A stretch of 64,000 nt of DNA. Source: Psilocybe cubensis (Eukaryota). The notes under the pieces were generated by a model that was not told where the DNA came from, ran no database searches, and saw nothing but the letters and a program-made list of their open reading frames with translations. Below, piece by piece: positions 23,290-36,661 of the stretch. Made by a program: the position numbers and the translations under genes. Location of the stretch: positions 620,001 to 684,000 of the forward strand of contig CM038998.1 of the NCBI GenBank assembly GCA_017499595.2. Direction: 5' to 3'. Within the stretch, counting starts at the first letter, position 1. Every line of letters starts with the position of its first letter.

Positions 23290-23904
23290 GACTTGGACGA
23301 GTTATCGTTGGGAGAATGGACTCACCTCCACACGTTCCAATCACACAAAGCTGATCCTCCCTTTTCGGTCCTATAGCAGCCCAGTAATCTCGTACAAAGC
23401 GCTTGCTACAGTCAGACATTAGTGATATGTGACCCCAATTTGACATTGGTAAAGCTTTCACCGGGGATTTGGCTCCACCCAACATATACCCCGAGAGAAA
23501 ATGCGCCGGTGGGACGCAGGCCCAACTATGTCTTCTTACATTCGTCGACATATACCTTTGAAAATTTTGGCAAGGACCTCGAAAGGCAGATTGTCGATGA
23601 AATTGGCGCTCGAGCTGATCCCGTCGGTTCTTCTATTTTTGCTAACTGTGCGTTTTGTCCAATCTATGAGACAGGAATCCGAATTCATGGTTTTGGTATT
23701 ACTGACCATGATATTCAGAACGTCTCGTAGCCTGATGACAATGTAAAGTACAGTTCAGAAACAATGGACGTGTTCTTCAAACGATTTTTCAATGGGCCAA
23801 TCCAGCCAAGCTTCGCATTACATTTAGCCAGACACCAGTGCACAAGGATTGTTTCCATCCTCCATGATCCCAATCTAAAATATGTCTTCTATCTCAGCGC
23901 ATAA
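23290..23904 (+). pseudogene. Possible degraded coding remnant of unknown family
   Basis: Protein-like frame ICDPNLTLVKLSPGIWLHP...IYETGIRIHG... continues past a stop at 23730; no recognisable domain. Confidence 0.25.
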
Positions 23905-24846
23905 AAAGATTTAGAGCCTTACACGACGTTGTTTTCCTGACGTTCAGATCCGAGTCCATTTCCTCTTTCAACTCTCAATCTTCGTAAAATCCTAGCACAA
24001 TAAATTGATGTATTACTTGTTGTTTTTCTTAATTCTGGGGTAGTCTCATCGCTTGATGTTACATAGTCTCACCTGAGATCTCATGTGCGAAAGCTCAGCT
24101 CGGTTACAAAATCGATCGTAGTCCAAATTGATTCCTGGAGGTAACGGCAGAAAAATGAATCCGACATGGCAAAAATGGACTGGCGTAAAAAATCTCTGAC
24201 TTGGCTGACGACACAGCTCGCCGAAACCTCCATCCATATGATGTATCTGGTGTGCCCGTGACAACCTAATTGCGTGTTGTCATAGCCATCTTGCACCGTC
24301 GCCTCACAAAAGCAATTGGCGAGAGGTGAAATGAATTATACCGAGATATCTCCAGAGACAAGCTCGAATACCTATATCGATGCACCCTGGGGTTGGAAAG
24401 ACAAGCTCCAACCGTTATCTATGGTGGACTTGGTGAATTGGCACAAAGAATAGATCCCATCAAGGTGTACCCATGTGAAATTGTTCCAATGAGTTTAACG
24501 TCTTCATTTGAACGAATTATATTTCTACAAAAGTTCAGTTTCATAGAACGTAATTCAGGTCGTATTCCAGAACTGTCAACGAGTCCTTTGAATTTTAATT
24601 AATAAAACGTGCTCAACTCGTGCGTATCTATATATCATAATGGCACGTTGACTCCGACGCTTTCATTCGGATGTTTTCACGATTAAAAGTGGGTCAGAAG
24701 TCAGTTGCTTCAAGTTCTCTTAACGACAGCTTATGGACGTTTAAGTTTTTTTTAACTCGCGATAAACGTCGAACGGACCTACGCAATATATCCATCCGAC
24801 CGTCGCATATTCCTTATGTACAGTGGTAGAAGTATGTCCGAGAATT

Positions 24847-24897
24847 ACCCCGAAATCTGGGGTCGAGCTTGGGACTAGCGTTTGGAGGCGTATAAAA
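24847..24897 (+). promoter_or_regulatory. GH6 copy 1 core promoter: inverted CCCCG/CTGGGG pair (CreA/Cre1-like SYGGRG) and TATA box
   Basis: ACCCCGAAATCTGGGGT at 24847-24863, TATAAAA at 24891; conserved in the paralog's promoter. Confidence 0.5.
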
Positions 24898-25006
24898 TGG
24901 TGTCTGGGAGGTTTTTTGCCCTTACTATTCTACTTCATCTTCATCTACTTCTTTTGTGTCATCGTCGCTCCTTTTTCAACTGTTCTCCAGCCTCTTCAAA
25001 CTTGTT

Positions 25007-26314
25007 ATGCATTATCTACATTCACTAGCTTGCGCTTTGGCGCTTGCTCCCTCTGTTGCGTTTGCTGCACCTGCCTCGTCAGGCTTCCTGGAGAATCCGT
25101 ACATCGGCAAGGAAGCATACGCAAACCAGGAATACGCGAATAAACTGGAAGAAACCATCCAGTATTTTAACGAATTAAATGACGACCTTAATGCGGCAAG
25201 GACGAGGACAGTCCAGAAAATCCCTACCTTTGCTTGGATATCGGCTTCATCAGACGTAAGCTTTTATATATTATGCAAAGAATATTTATAATGGTCCTTT
25301 GGTTTCTAGGTCGACAAAATAGAGGGTCTTGTCCAGGAAACTCTCGCCGCTCAGATAGAGACAAAAAAGCAGCAGATTCTGCAACTCGTGGTTTATAACT
25401 TGCCTGACCGCGACTGCTCCGCCGGCGCTTCTGACGGGGAGTTCAAACTCGATGAAGATGGCCTCAGCAAGTACAAAAATTACATTGACAGTACGTATTC
25501 GCAGCCTTTCAATTTTGCTAGGCTGATTCCCATGACCATACTAGCTATTGCCAATGAACTGAGCACCCCCGATGCTGAAAAGATCAACTTTGTTGTCATC
25601 CTTGAACCTGACTCGCTCGCAAATGTTGTTACCAGCCTGGGCGTTCCCAGCTGCGCAAAAGCTGCCCCTGCCTACAAAGAGGGAATCTCGTACGCCATTG
25701 CGAAACTCCAGCTCCCTAATCTCTCCATCTACATCGACGCTGCTAACGGAGGCTGGCTCGGCTGGGACGAGAACCTCAAACCTACCGCCACCTTGCTCGC
25801 CGAAATCCTCCAGAGGGCTCAGGAGATCAAAGCTGGATCCACAGTCCGCGGCGTCGCTATCAACGTCTCCAACTTCAACGAATACCTCGCCCTCGTCCGC
25901 GAGAATTTTACGGAGCTGTCAAATAGCTGGGATGAAAGTCACTATGCCCAGTCACTTGCGCCACACCTCGAGGAAGCCGGCTTCCCCGCTCACTTCATCG
26001 TCGACCAGACGCGCGCGGGCAGGGGCGGCATCCGCACCGAATGGGGCCAGTGGTGTAACGTACGAGGCGCAGGCTTCGGTACACGCCCGACGGCGGACCA
26101 GGCGGTGCTGCAGAATCCGTATGTGGACGCTATTGTGTGGGTTAAGCCTGGAGGCGAGTCTGATGGTACGTCGGATCGCAATGCTTCCCGTTTTGCTGAG
26201 ACTTGCGCGGGGCCGGTGGCGCATGTCCCTGCGCCTGAAGCTGGGTCATGGTTCAACGAGTACGCTGCAAATTTGGTTATGTTGGCCAACCCTGAGTTAG
26301 AACCAACGTTCTAG
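25007..26314 (+). CDS. Secreted GH6 cellulase (cellobiohydrolase II family) without CBM1. Exons 25007-25255, 25310-25490, 25545-26314
   Basis: Signal peptide followed directly by NPYIGK; GH6 motifs VYNLPDRDC, ILEPDSL, YIDAANGGWLGW, WGQWCN, VWVKPGGESDG, PAPEAGSWF. Confidence 0.95.
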
Positions 26315-26899
26315 AGGTTATGGATTGGCCTCGAGGATATAAATATTGACTTATGTAAATACATAAGATTGTATGTTTGTATCGTTTTGATAACTACAAG
26401 GGCGCATTAATATCCGTTAACTAATATTGAATGTAATGTACAAAATGCGATTTTTCTAGTGCATGATATGATCGATGAAGACTTCAGATAATTCCTCAGA
26501 GTCTTTGAAGAGCTCAACATAGACGACCATCGCGTGTTTAAATTGAATTTAAACCACAAGTTTCTATTCCTCATGACGCTCACTACGCACTAAGCATTTT
26601 ACCTGCTTGGCGCGTGAGCGGTCCCAATGAGTGATAGGCGCCCCTGTCATTTTAGTATATATTAAAAAATAATTTTCTCACAGCCACGGAGCCAGTTGTG
26701 GCGGACTTGTTTACTCCTACAAAACCAGATGACAGGCCCTCTATTCACCATAGGGTTCAGGTCCACTATGCATGTAATTTGCAACATCCGTAGGCGCCCT
26801 CCAGTAAACACGTTTGAGCATACGATATGAAGAACAAATGCTCCATCCACTTGTCTCTAAGGCTCCACACATCGAAGAGAACGTCGTTGGTAAGTTTCA

Positions 26900-27340
26900 C
26901 CAGCTCATAGAACATAGCCCATATCACAATGCAACAGCTAAGCTCGACGGAACCAGGTAGACGAAAAAGTGGTATGTTCCAGGTTGGGATGCTCGTTCAA
27001 TGTCCTGTAATGCAGCGCGAATGGAGGATGCACAGAAAGTGACGTGAACGACGACAGAGCTCTGATGACGCACACCAGGTCCTCGCCTGAAACCTTTTTC
27101 TTCCAGAATGACCGGTCCAGTAGATATATATCTGGATTTGACTGTAGCAACGACCACAGGCGCGGACACGTCCAGGCAATATGGCGCCACTTGATGCGGA
27201 TATATCACAGGGGGTAGGAGGCAAAAGAACACTTGAAGGGCGACAATTCTTCATCTTCTTCAGATAGGTAGAGCTCAAAGATACTTGTTAGTTCTTGATG
27301 GCAGCCTGCAGATGAGATTCGATTCTGATTGGTGCTGCTT
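26900..27340 (-). pseudogene. Degraded F-box-like gene
   Basis: NLICRLP(frameshift)ELTSIFELY...L*YIRIKWRHIAWTCPRLWS resembles the agaricomycete F-box consensus, with a stop and a frameshift. Confidence 0.6.
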
Positions 27341-28259
27341 TGCAATGATAACTGTATTGCGGTGGCAACCTGTTGTCTCAATATGTCAATTGGGAAAAGT
27401 GTTTTGCACCAGATATACTGGTGCGATAGATCCCACATGTACATTGCTCATTTGCAAGTTTGTACCGAGACCAACCAAAAGCGCAATGAACATCGTGGAG
27501 GTCCGCTAGAATGGAAGAATGGAGTCATAAAGCCTAGAGCGTCAACACGTTTCTTCGCCTTTTTCTCACGGTGCATCCAAACTCCGCTAGCGCTCCGGAC
27601 TCAGTGCCGCGGGCCGACCCTTTAGCAGGGACCAACTGGGCACCCCACCGGGACAGTTGAGATTTCTATCCCACCCCGCATCACATCCTATAATGCTTTC
27701 TCCACGAGGTCACAACAATTTCGCGCATGCCTATCTCTAGGCCCGAGAAGGGCCACTCAATCAATATTAATCTGCTGGATTATCGAGCCGCATCATTCAG
27801 GCAGGCAAGAGATCAATTGGGTTGGGACACCAGCGCTAGGGTGGCAGGAAGCGTCTGGAATATTGGAGAGCAAGGTCTTAAGTAGGTGGCCCTCTTTCTT
27901 ACCACACTTCTCACTCTGCTGCGCCATATTTCACTCGCTCCTCGCTGCCATCAAGTTGCCGGTCAAGCAAACTTGATCCTGTTGGGTCCCGTGAATCTGT
28001 GCGCATGGGTAGTAGGCAAGTTGAAATCTTCTCTACCCATTATCCTACTCATATATACCCTAGGGTGGACCTTTCTCGAACAACACAGGCGACGGAAATG
28101 TTGGCACGGCGCAGAACGACATTCAGGCCTCAATCAGGGATCGAATAGCGACGCTTGGGCCATCGAGGGGATCACGAGCGAAGCAGGCAGCAAATTGGGT
28201 TGACGTCCTTCCTTCCTTACCCTTTCCGCGCGTATAGCTACTTTGCCATCCATTACCTC

Positions 28260-31080
28260 TATTGACCCACAGCGCAGAGTATCAGACGAGGAATCCCATT
28301 TGCAGCACCCCAATCCGACCCACTGCGTATACCTCTCGCCGTGGGAAACGCTTCAACAAAAGGCACCAAAGTAGTAATTCTCTCTTGACTTCCCACTTCT
28401 GCGCAGTAGACTACATAACACTATCCTGCCCTTTCCTTGCCCAAACCCTCTCTGTTTTTTCCCCCATCTTTATGCGGATAGCTACATTGGCGTCTATTAG
28501 TCCTATTCACCCACGGCTGCAGCGTTAAGTTAGGATTCCGAACGAAGCACCCCCAATCAATCATCAACATCTGGCCGACAAGCTCAAGCCGCTGTCTACA
28601 ATCAAGATGGGTCTCCGTCGTTGTCAATTTCGTGCAGTCGACTTGAAGAAGCTGCGCACCCACAATTCATCGATCAGCCGCGAGGCTGAGGCTGAGACTG
28701 GAGGCGACACTAGCGGGCCCTCTCCTTGCGCAAAGGCTGACTTTTTGGCCCCATTCCTACGCGGCTAGCTACATTGACGTCTTTTAGTCCTATTCATCTG
28801 CATGCGGCAGTATTATTCAAGGAATTCCAATTGCAGCGCCCCGATTCAACAATCAATGTAGTCCCTTGCCGTGGGAACTCGTGGTACCAAGGAAGCAAGC
28901 AGCACAGTGAGTCGACCTCTCGTTTTACCATTCTATCCTCACGCGAATATGTAGATTGACGGAGAACATATCTATGCACCCACATCCTAGAGGGATAGAC
29001 GAAGAAGCAGATTTGAAGCATCCAAAATCGGTGGCACCAGTTTTCCGCCATTGTCAATCTCGTATCATCGACTCGAAGAAGCTGCGCACCCACAATTCAT
29101 CCCCGGAGACTGAGGCTGAGGCTCGACGCGGCACTAGCTACTGGAAGCCCTCTCCTTGCGCAAAACCTCTCTTCTCACCTCATTTCCAGGCGGATAGCTA
29201 TATTGACGTCTATCACCAGCCGATACTAGTAGCTTCCCAGCCAGCCCCTGCGCTTTTAACTGTGCGATACAAAAACCCGATGCTGAAGAGTGTGAATCTA
29301 GTTGACAAGCCGCTGTTCACAGTCAAGCTCGTTTGCTGCCGTCGTTATTGACATGAAGAAGCTGCGCACCCACAATTCATCGATCAGCCGCGGAGGCTGA
29401 GGCTGAGGCTCGAGGCGACACTATCCAGCCGCCTCCTTGCGCAAAGGCTCCCTTTTTGCGCCTCATTTTTATGCGGCTAGCTACATTGACGTCTATCACC
29501 TCTACTTATCCACACCCCAGAGTCTCATGCAGAGAATCCAAAATGTTGCGCCCCAATTAACCCTCAATGTTAACCTTGTGCCGTGGGAACCTATCGTACC
29601 GAGGAAGAAGGCAGCACAGTGAGTTTGACCTCTCATTTTTCCACTATATTTTTACGGGGATATGTAGATTGACAGAGGTTATATCTATAGACCCACAGCC
29701 CAGAGGGATAGACAACGAATTCGAATTGAAAGACCCGAAATCCCCTCGGTCACCTGTGCCATATAAAACCCCCGAGGCACAAGAGCGTACCGCACTGCAT
29801 AGGTCATCGTTGCCATTGAAGATATCGATATCGTCTGGTGGAGAAGCTCAAGACGCTGTCGACAATCAACATGCTTTTCCGACGTTTTCGATCTCGTGTG
29901 GTCGACTTGAAGAAGCTGCATACCCACAATTCATCGATCAGCCGCGGAGGGTGAGGCTCGATGCGACACTAGCCGGTCCTTTCCTTGCGCAAGCCCTCTC
30001 TTTTTTTATCCAATTTTTACGCGGCTAGCTACATTGACGTCTAACATCACTATTAACCCACAGCCCAGCGTACTATCCAAGGAATCCAAATTTTAACATC
30101 CCAAATCCACCCTCAATGTTAACCTTGTGCCGTGGGAACTTATGGTACCGAGGAAGAAGACAGCATAGTGAGTTGGACCTCTCGATTTTCCACTTTCTTT
30201 TCACGGGAATATGTAGATCGACAGAGAACATACCTATGCATCCACAGCCCAGAGGGATAGACGAAGAATTCGAATTTCAGGACCCACAATTAACTCTCGG
30301 GCACCTGTGCCATATAAAACCCCCGAGGCTCAAGCGCGTACCGCACTTTGACGTTTCGTTTTTTTCACTCTGTCTTCACGCGAATATGTAGACTGACGGA
30401 GGTTATATCTGTGCATCCACAGCCTAGAGGGATAGACGAAGAGCCCGATTTGAAGGACCTGAATTTGACCTTCCTCGGTCACCCCGTCCGCGTCAACCGC
30501 TGCGCGCTCAACTACGCCATATAAAGCCCCCGAGTCTCAAATGTGTACCGCACTGCATCCGGGTCATCGTCGCCATTGGGGATATCAATGTCGTCCAGTC
30601 GAGAACCTCAAGCCGCTGTCTACAATCAAGATGCTTTTCAGCCGTTTCCGATTTCGTATGTCCGACTCGAAGAAGCTGTGCACCCACAATTCATCGATCA
30701 TCCACGGAGGCTGAGGCTGAGGCATGAGGCCTTGAGGCTCGATGCGGCACTAGCCACTGGCAGCCCTCTCCTTGCGCAAAGCCTCTCTTTTCACGTCAGT
30801 TTAACGCGGAGAGGTATATTGACGTCTATGACCTGCAGATATAGCTTCCCAGCCAGCCGCTGCTCCTTTTCTCATTCAACTGTGCCATACAAAAGGCCCA
30901 AGTCCCTCAAGAGTGTGCGTCTACTCGACAAGCCGGTGTCCAAAATCAAGATGTCAAGCCTGTTTGCTGCGTTTGTCATTGACATGAAGAAGCTGCACAC
31001 ACACAGTTCATCCGCGGAGGCTCAGGCCCAGGCTCAGGCTCGATGCGACACCATCCAGCCTTCTCCTTGCCTAAAGCTCA
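28260..31080 (+). repeat. Degenerate complex tandem array containing repeated intron-like segments
   Basis: About six copies of GAAGAAGCTGCGCACCCACAATTCATC...GAGGCTGAGGCTCGA...CTCCTTGCGCAAA (near 28645, 29075, 29355, 29910, 30670, 30985) and 3-4 copies of CCGTGGGAAC...GTGAGT...ATGTAG...AGAGGGATAGAC. Confidence 0.85.
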
Positions 31081-32085
31081 AGTCTATTCATCAAGACCCA
31101 ATTTTTCCAGAAAACAAACTTTGTTCGTACTGCCACCGAAGACCCGGGCCACACCATGCTGTTCTCATCCACGCATAGCGATTCAGAGGTACCCTCAGAG
31201 TGACTCGTCAAGAGACTGACGCTGCGAGATACATGGTCTAATGTTTTGGCTATGCAGAGGTTTCCAGAAAGCCAGAGCGCGTTTATCAGGATTTAGTGCT
31301 GCTACCGCCGAAGCTCCGAATATCCGAAAAGGAGGGCTAATCAGGGCTGAGCGCGGCTTTGTGTGCGCATATATCTTTCTTGCTGCTTCAGCGCTTACGG
31401 AAAGCTGGGAACTTTATCAACGAACGCATCATGAAAAGCTCTTCTTTCTGCTGCAACTTACGCTGCCAAAGCAAAGCATGAACACGGCCCGCAAACTCGC
31501 GATCACTTAGACTGTCAACACGGGCGAACGACTTCATTTAAGCTTGGCTTGCAATCTGAATATGGATACTTGACGACAATTTAGACGCTGATAATTATGG
31601 ATCAGATCACGGCAGGATCACGGAAACAAAGTCGCTATGACGGAATATACAAGGGCGGAAGCAGGTTTGAGAATAGGGGCAGCCAAATATAATTGGTTGA
31701 TCATGGAATCATCACGATCGACCAGACGCGGCCCCTGTCTTGCTCAAGGATCTGCTACACCTTGTTTCTTCCGACATTGCACTTCGGAGCCGGCCAGCCA
31801 TGCTCGAGGCGCTTGTATCCACGACCCACTGATGCTCAATCTAGGAGGGTTCCCGTCAAAAAAAAAAGCGCATGGTAAATGACATTTGTGGGACGCGATC
31901 TCACGTGACTGATAGCGCGTTTTGGTTGGACACACACAAAAGTGGAACCCGCGTGTTAATTTTCGTTTGGCAACAATTTCAACTTACATAAATAATCACC
32001 CCCTTCCTTCGCGTAGCGCGTCTCCCCCTTCATTACCTTTTGCCCTCTTCCTCCACGCTGTGCACTGTTCTTGTTTTGCAACACA

Positions 32086-33627
32086 ATGAACTCGTCTCCG
32101 CCTCAGACAGTGTCAGAGCCGATCTATCTCCCACCGCCCCCAGCGCCAGCAGTCGCTCCTCAAGGGCCCACACAGCTCGCGAGGACCGACTCTGCGACGA
32201 GCTTTTCGTCAGAGGAGGACGCGTCGATGAGCCCGAGTCCTGTGGCTGTCATGAACAGCGCGCGGCGCACTCGTAAACGGTTCACGAACACCCAGCTCAC
32301 AATGCTCGAGAATCTCTTCCACCTCAATTCACACCCGTCGCGCGAGGATCGCGAGGCGGTCGCCAGAGACGGCGGCATGTACGTGATTTTTTCTCTCTCA
32401 CCCCCTTTTCTTTTTCTCGTCGATGAGGCCCCTATCGGCACTGTTTATGTTATACTATACTCGCGACGCGTTTTTTTATCTTTAATTTGCCAACGATGGT
32501 TCTGATTTCTGACACACGCGTTTCTCTCTCCTTTTTTTAACCTACCCGGCGGCTCCGTCGTATGTAGGGAGACCAAATCTGTGACGATCTGGTTCCAGAA
32601 TAAACGGCAGACGGAGCGCAAGACAGCTGCGTCGAACAACAATAACAACAACAACAACGGTGCGAACGGGGGCAGCTCACACGGCGCCACGTCGCACGCC
32701 GTGCCCAACATCACCAGCACCATCCACACATTCAGCCTGCACGGCGAGGGCGCACACGGGCAGGGGCCCTCCTCCCGCACCGCCTCGCCGCCATTCAGCA
32801 TCAGCAGCCGCAGCAGCATAACCTCGGCGTCGATATGCACCGCAACGACCACAGCCTACTCGTCCTCGCGGCCGTCGCTCGACCGCGTCGCCTCGCGCTC
32901 GGAGCTGCGCGCAGCGGCCCCGCGCACGCCGTCCCGCCGCCCCGCCCACCCAGGCACAGGCGCGATATGGGACAACATGCCCTCGTCCCCGCTCGCGCCG
33001 CCCATCAGCCCGCCTGCCCGCGAGTTTATCGATTTTGGCAAAAATGCGCGCACGCGCCGCACGCTTGAGTGGGCGTGTGCGGCTGCGAGGCTGGTGGATA
33101 AGGATGGGTATGCGAGTGGGATGAGCGCTGGGTTTGGTGCGGGCGGGGGTAGCGGGGGCATGTATGCGTCGTCTTCGGCGCCTGCTGCGCCGGTTAGGCC
33201 ACGTGCAAGGACGGTGTCGAGGGAGAAGATGCGTGTAAGGGCGGGCCCAAGCCAACACCACCAGTCGCACTATTCGTACTCTCGGGATCCTAATGGTGCT
33301 GCCTCAGATAGCATCTCCAGCTCGCGCAGCCGCGAGCGGGACACATACGCTCCCGCGCACACGCACTCGTACGTGCGTTCGCGCGATACGGATATGGATC
33401 TCACGGACGAGGAGGACCACGAGGCGATCACGCCGCCGAGCACTTGGGGGAAGGATGACAGGCGATGGACGCCCGCTGGCGCCGGCGAGGGCAGGCCGAC
33501 GAGTCTGCTGGCGATGACGGAGGCGGCGAAGGGCGGGATGTCGCCGAGGGATATTCGGGCGCGGGTGGATGATGATGATATGTTCAGGGCGGCGCTTGCG
33601 CTGTGTGGGCTTGGGCGGAGGACGTAA
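32086..33627 (+). CDS. Homeodomain transcription factor (non-mating-type; Yox1-like by inference). Exons 32086-32378, 32568-33627
   Basis: Spliced homeodomain RRTRKRFTNTQLTMLENLFHLNSHPSREDREAVARDGGMETKSVTIWFQNKRQTERK; short motifs RTLEWAC and C-terminal AALALCGL. Confidence 0.9.
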
Positions 33628-35331
33628 GTCCGAGTTCGAGTTCGAGTTCGAGTATGAGTGTGGGTGCGGGTGGTGGTGGTGGTGGTGATGATACCTGCTT
33701 GGTTGGTTGATACCTAGGCCTAATACCTCGCTTGCCAGCTTATAGCGAAATACAAGAAGAGCGAAGAAGGAGGAAGAGAAGATACCTAATGATGTCGATG
33801 AACAAACCAAACAACCCATGTGCAATGAAACAAATCAAAAAAATCAAAAAACGAAAAACGAAAAAAAAAAACTGTCTGACAACCTGTGTATATAAAAAGC
33901 GTCTGTTTCCTGTTTCCTGTTTCCTGTTTTCTTTTTTTATCTTTGATCCTTTGCTCTCTGTCAGAGACAACGTTTACGTTTTTTTTAAAATCTATTTTTT
34001 CTTCTTTGTTTTGTTTTGTCTTTTTTTTTTCTCGCCTCCTTTTTTTGGTTTACTCGTCCATGTTTTCTATCGCGTTGTATGCTTTCCGCATTCTTATTTT
34101 CTCGTGTTGTTATTCTGCTGCTTGTAATATCGTTGTGTTCGGATATGGCGTTGGATTTTTCTTCAATCTCCTCCTCCAACATCCCATTCTATCCTCGATT
34201 CTTTTCCTCACCCAAACCCAAACCCAAACCAAACCACATGTACATAGGTTCCGGGTCTCTCCTTTCCTCCCTTCCTTTCTCCTCCTACACAACTTCACCC
34301 CAATATACCAACGACATCGACAACGACACCGACATCGACGTCGTCGTCGTCATCGTCATCGAATTAATTATGTTTTTTTTTTCTCGTTCAATCTGCTGCT
34401 GCTGCTGCTCGTAGTATTACAGGACCTCAGTTGGTCTTTGCTCTGTCTCTGTCTCTGTCTCTGTCTTTGTCTTTGTCAACAACACACGTACGGACTCTGA
34501 CATATTCACTTCTATTCCTATCCCTACCTACCCCTCCGCGTTCAGAATAACGAATCGCGCGGCTTGATCATTGTGTATATAAAAAGTAGATTGGATTTGT
34601 TTATTATGTAGGTAGATAGTTATTACTATGCTATGTGTGATATTGTTATTGAATGGCTGTAGTCTGTGACTGTTTGGACTCCAGTTGACGAGGAACGCAG
34701 TTGGGTGTTGGTCGACTTGGAGTGTAAGTCCTAGATCATCATGGATGGTGGATGAATCGATGATGGATCACTGTGGGTGTGGGCGTGGGAAGTCTGTTCG
34801 TCGAGTTCTTGGTCTGGACTCTGTGTTCGCTTCGGTTCAAACTCTGCCCATGAGGATTCGGAGTCTCAGATTCTTCACTCTCAGAGCCGTGGCCATTTGG
34901 GGAGGTTTAATTGGACCGGGATACGGCTCGGAATACCGTCAAAGCGCTTTTCAACCAACTTCCTTTTTTTATAATACAAGTATCTCGAGACTCGAATCTT
35001 CGCGTGGACTGGGACGGGGACGTGTAAGCGCGTGTGGTCGGCGTTTGCATCTTGTTTTCATGAATGTGTGACCGAAGATGGATACGACCCCTGCGGGTCT
35101 CTCTATGAGGTGTTCTAGTTTGCTGTGATGTAAACAAGTCTGCCACAAATGACTCCGCGCAGTGCTTTATCAGTGTATGTGAGAACTTCATTTTTAATAT
35201 ATGCCAAAAATATCGCAAGTTTCAGCGCCTATCAAAGTATATTCATTTGGGGCCGGCTCAGGCGCCAAGAGGATAGAATAACTTGAACTAATACATACTT
35301 ATACTCTCAAGGCCAGTTCAAGACGACTAGA

Positions 35332-36661
35332 CTAGTATGTCGGCGGCAGCTCGGGGTTAGCCAGCCTGACCAAATTCGCAGCATACTCATTGAACCACGA
35401 GCCAGCTTCAGGCGCCGGAACATGCGCAACAGGCCCCGCACACGTCTCAGAAAACCTCGGCGACCCACGATCAGACGTGCCGTCCGACTCGCCTCCCGGC
35501 TTAACCCACACAATCGCGTCCACGTACTGGTTCTGCAGCACACCCTGGTCGGATGTAGGGCGCGTGCCGAAGCCTGCGTTGCGCACGTTGCACCATTGGC
35601 CCCATTCCGTGCGGATGCCGCCCCTGCCCGCGCGCGTCTGGTCGACGATGAAGTGCGCGGGGAAGCCGGCCTGCTCGAGGTGCGGCGCGAGCGACTGGGC
35701 GTAGTGGCTCTCGTCCCAGCTGTTCGAGTACTCCGTGAACGGCTCGCGCACGCGCGCGATGTACTCGTTGAAATTGGACACGTTGATCGCGACGCCGCGG
35801 ACCGACGCCGATGAGTTGATCGCGCGGGCTTGTCGCAGGATCTCGGCGAGGATGGTCGCGGTGGGACGCAGGTTCGAGTCCCAGCCGAGCCAGCCGCCGT
35901 TCGCGGCGTCGATGTAGAGGGAGACGTTGGGGTGTTGGAGCTTGGCGATGGCGTAGGCGATGCCTTCTTTGTAGGCTGGCGCGGCTCTCGAGCAGGCGGG
36001 GACGTTCGAGCCGGTGACGATGTTGGCGACGGAATCGGGCTCGAGGATGACGACGAAGTTGATATTTCTCGCTTCGGCGGTGTTCAGTTCATTGGCGATG
36101 TCTGTGGGTGTATACATTTAAGCATAATAAACATGGTGGATTGAAAGGCTGGGAATCACGTACTGTCAATGTATCTTTTGTACTTGTTGAGCCCGTCGTT
36201 GTCGAGTTGGAACTCTCCGGCTGAAGCGCCGGCGGAGCAGTCGCGGTTAGGCAGGTTGTAAACCACGAGCTGTAGAATTTGCTGCCTCCTCGTCGCTGTC
36301 TGTGCAGCGAGAGTCTCGCTGATGAGCCCCCTTATTTTGTATACCTAAAGTCCGACAACAAGCCATGTGTTAGTTTCGAAGCATTCTTCGTATATTAGCA
36401 AATAAAACGTACATCTGATGAAACGGATATCCAAGCAAAGGTGGGGATTTTCTGAACTGTCCTCGTCCTTGCCGCATTTTGGTAGTCGTTCCTCTGGTTG
36501 AAGTACTGGATGGTCTGATCCAGCTTCCTTGCGTATTCCTGGTTTGCATAGCCTTCCTTTCCGATGTATGGATTTCCCTGGAAGCCGGATATCGAAGGTG
36601 CAGCGAAGACAACGGAAGGAGCAAGCGCCAATGCACAGGCGAGAGCTTGTAGATAACGCAT
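35332..36661 (-). CDS. Second secreted GH6 cellulase without CBM1, paralog of 25007-26314. Exons 36661-36413, 36344-36164, 36101-35332
   Basis: Same exon sizes, intron positions and catalytic motifs (YNLPNRDC, LEPDSV, KPGGESDG). Confidence 0.95.

Noticed and set aside
22814-23551. 245-aa minus-strand ORF
   Set aside because: No recognisable motif or splice context; overlaps a weak plus-strand remnant.
32086-33627. Mating-type HD2 gene
   Set aside because: No divergent HD1 partner and no MIP or beta-flanking gene nearby; the homeodomain is near the N-terminus with no specificity domain.
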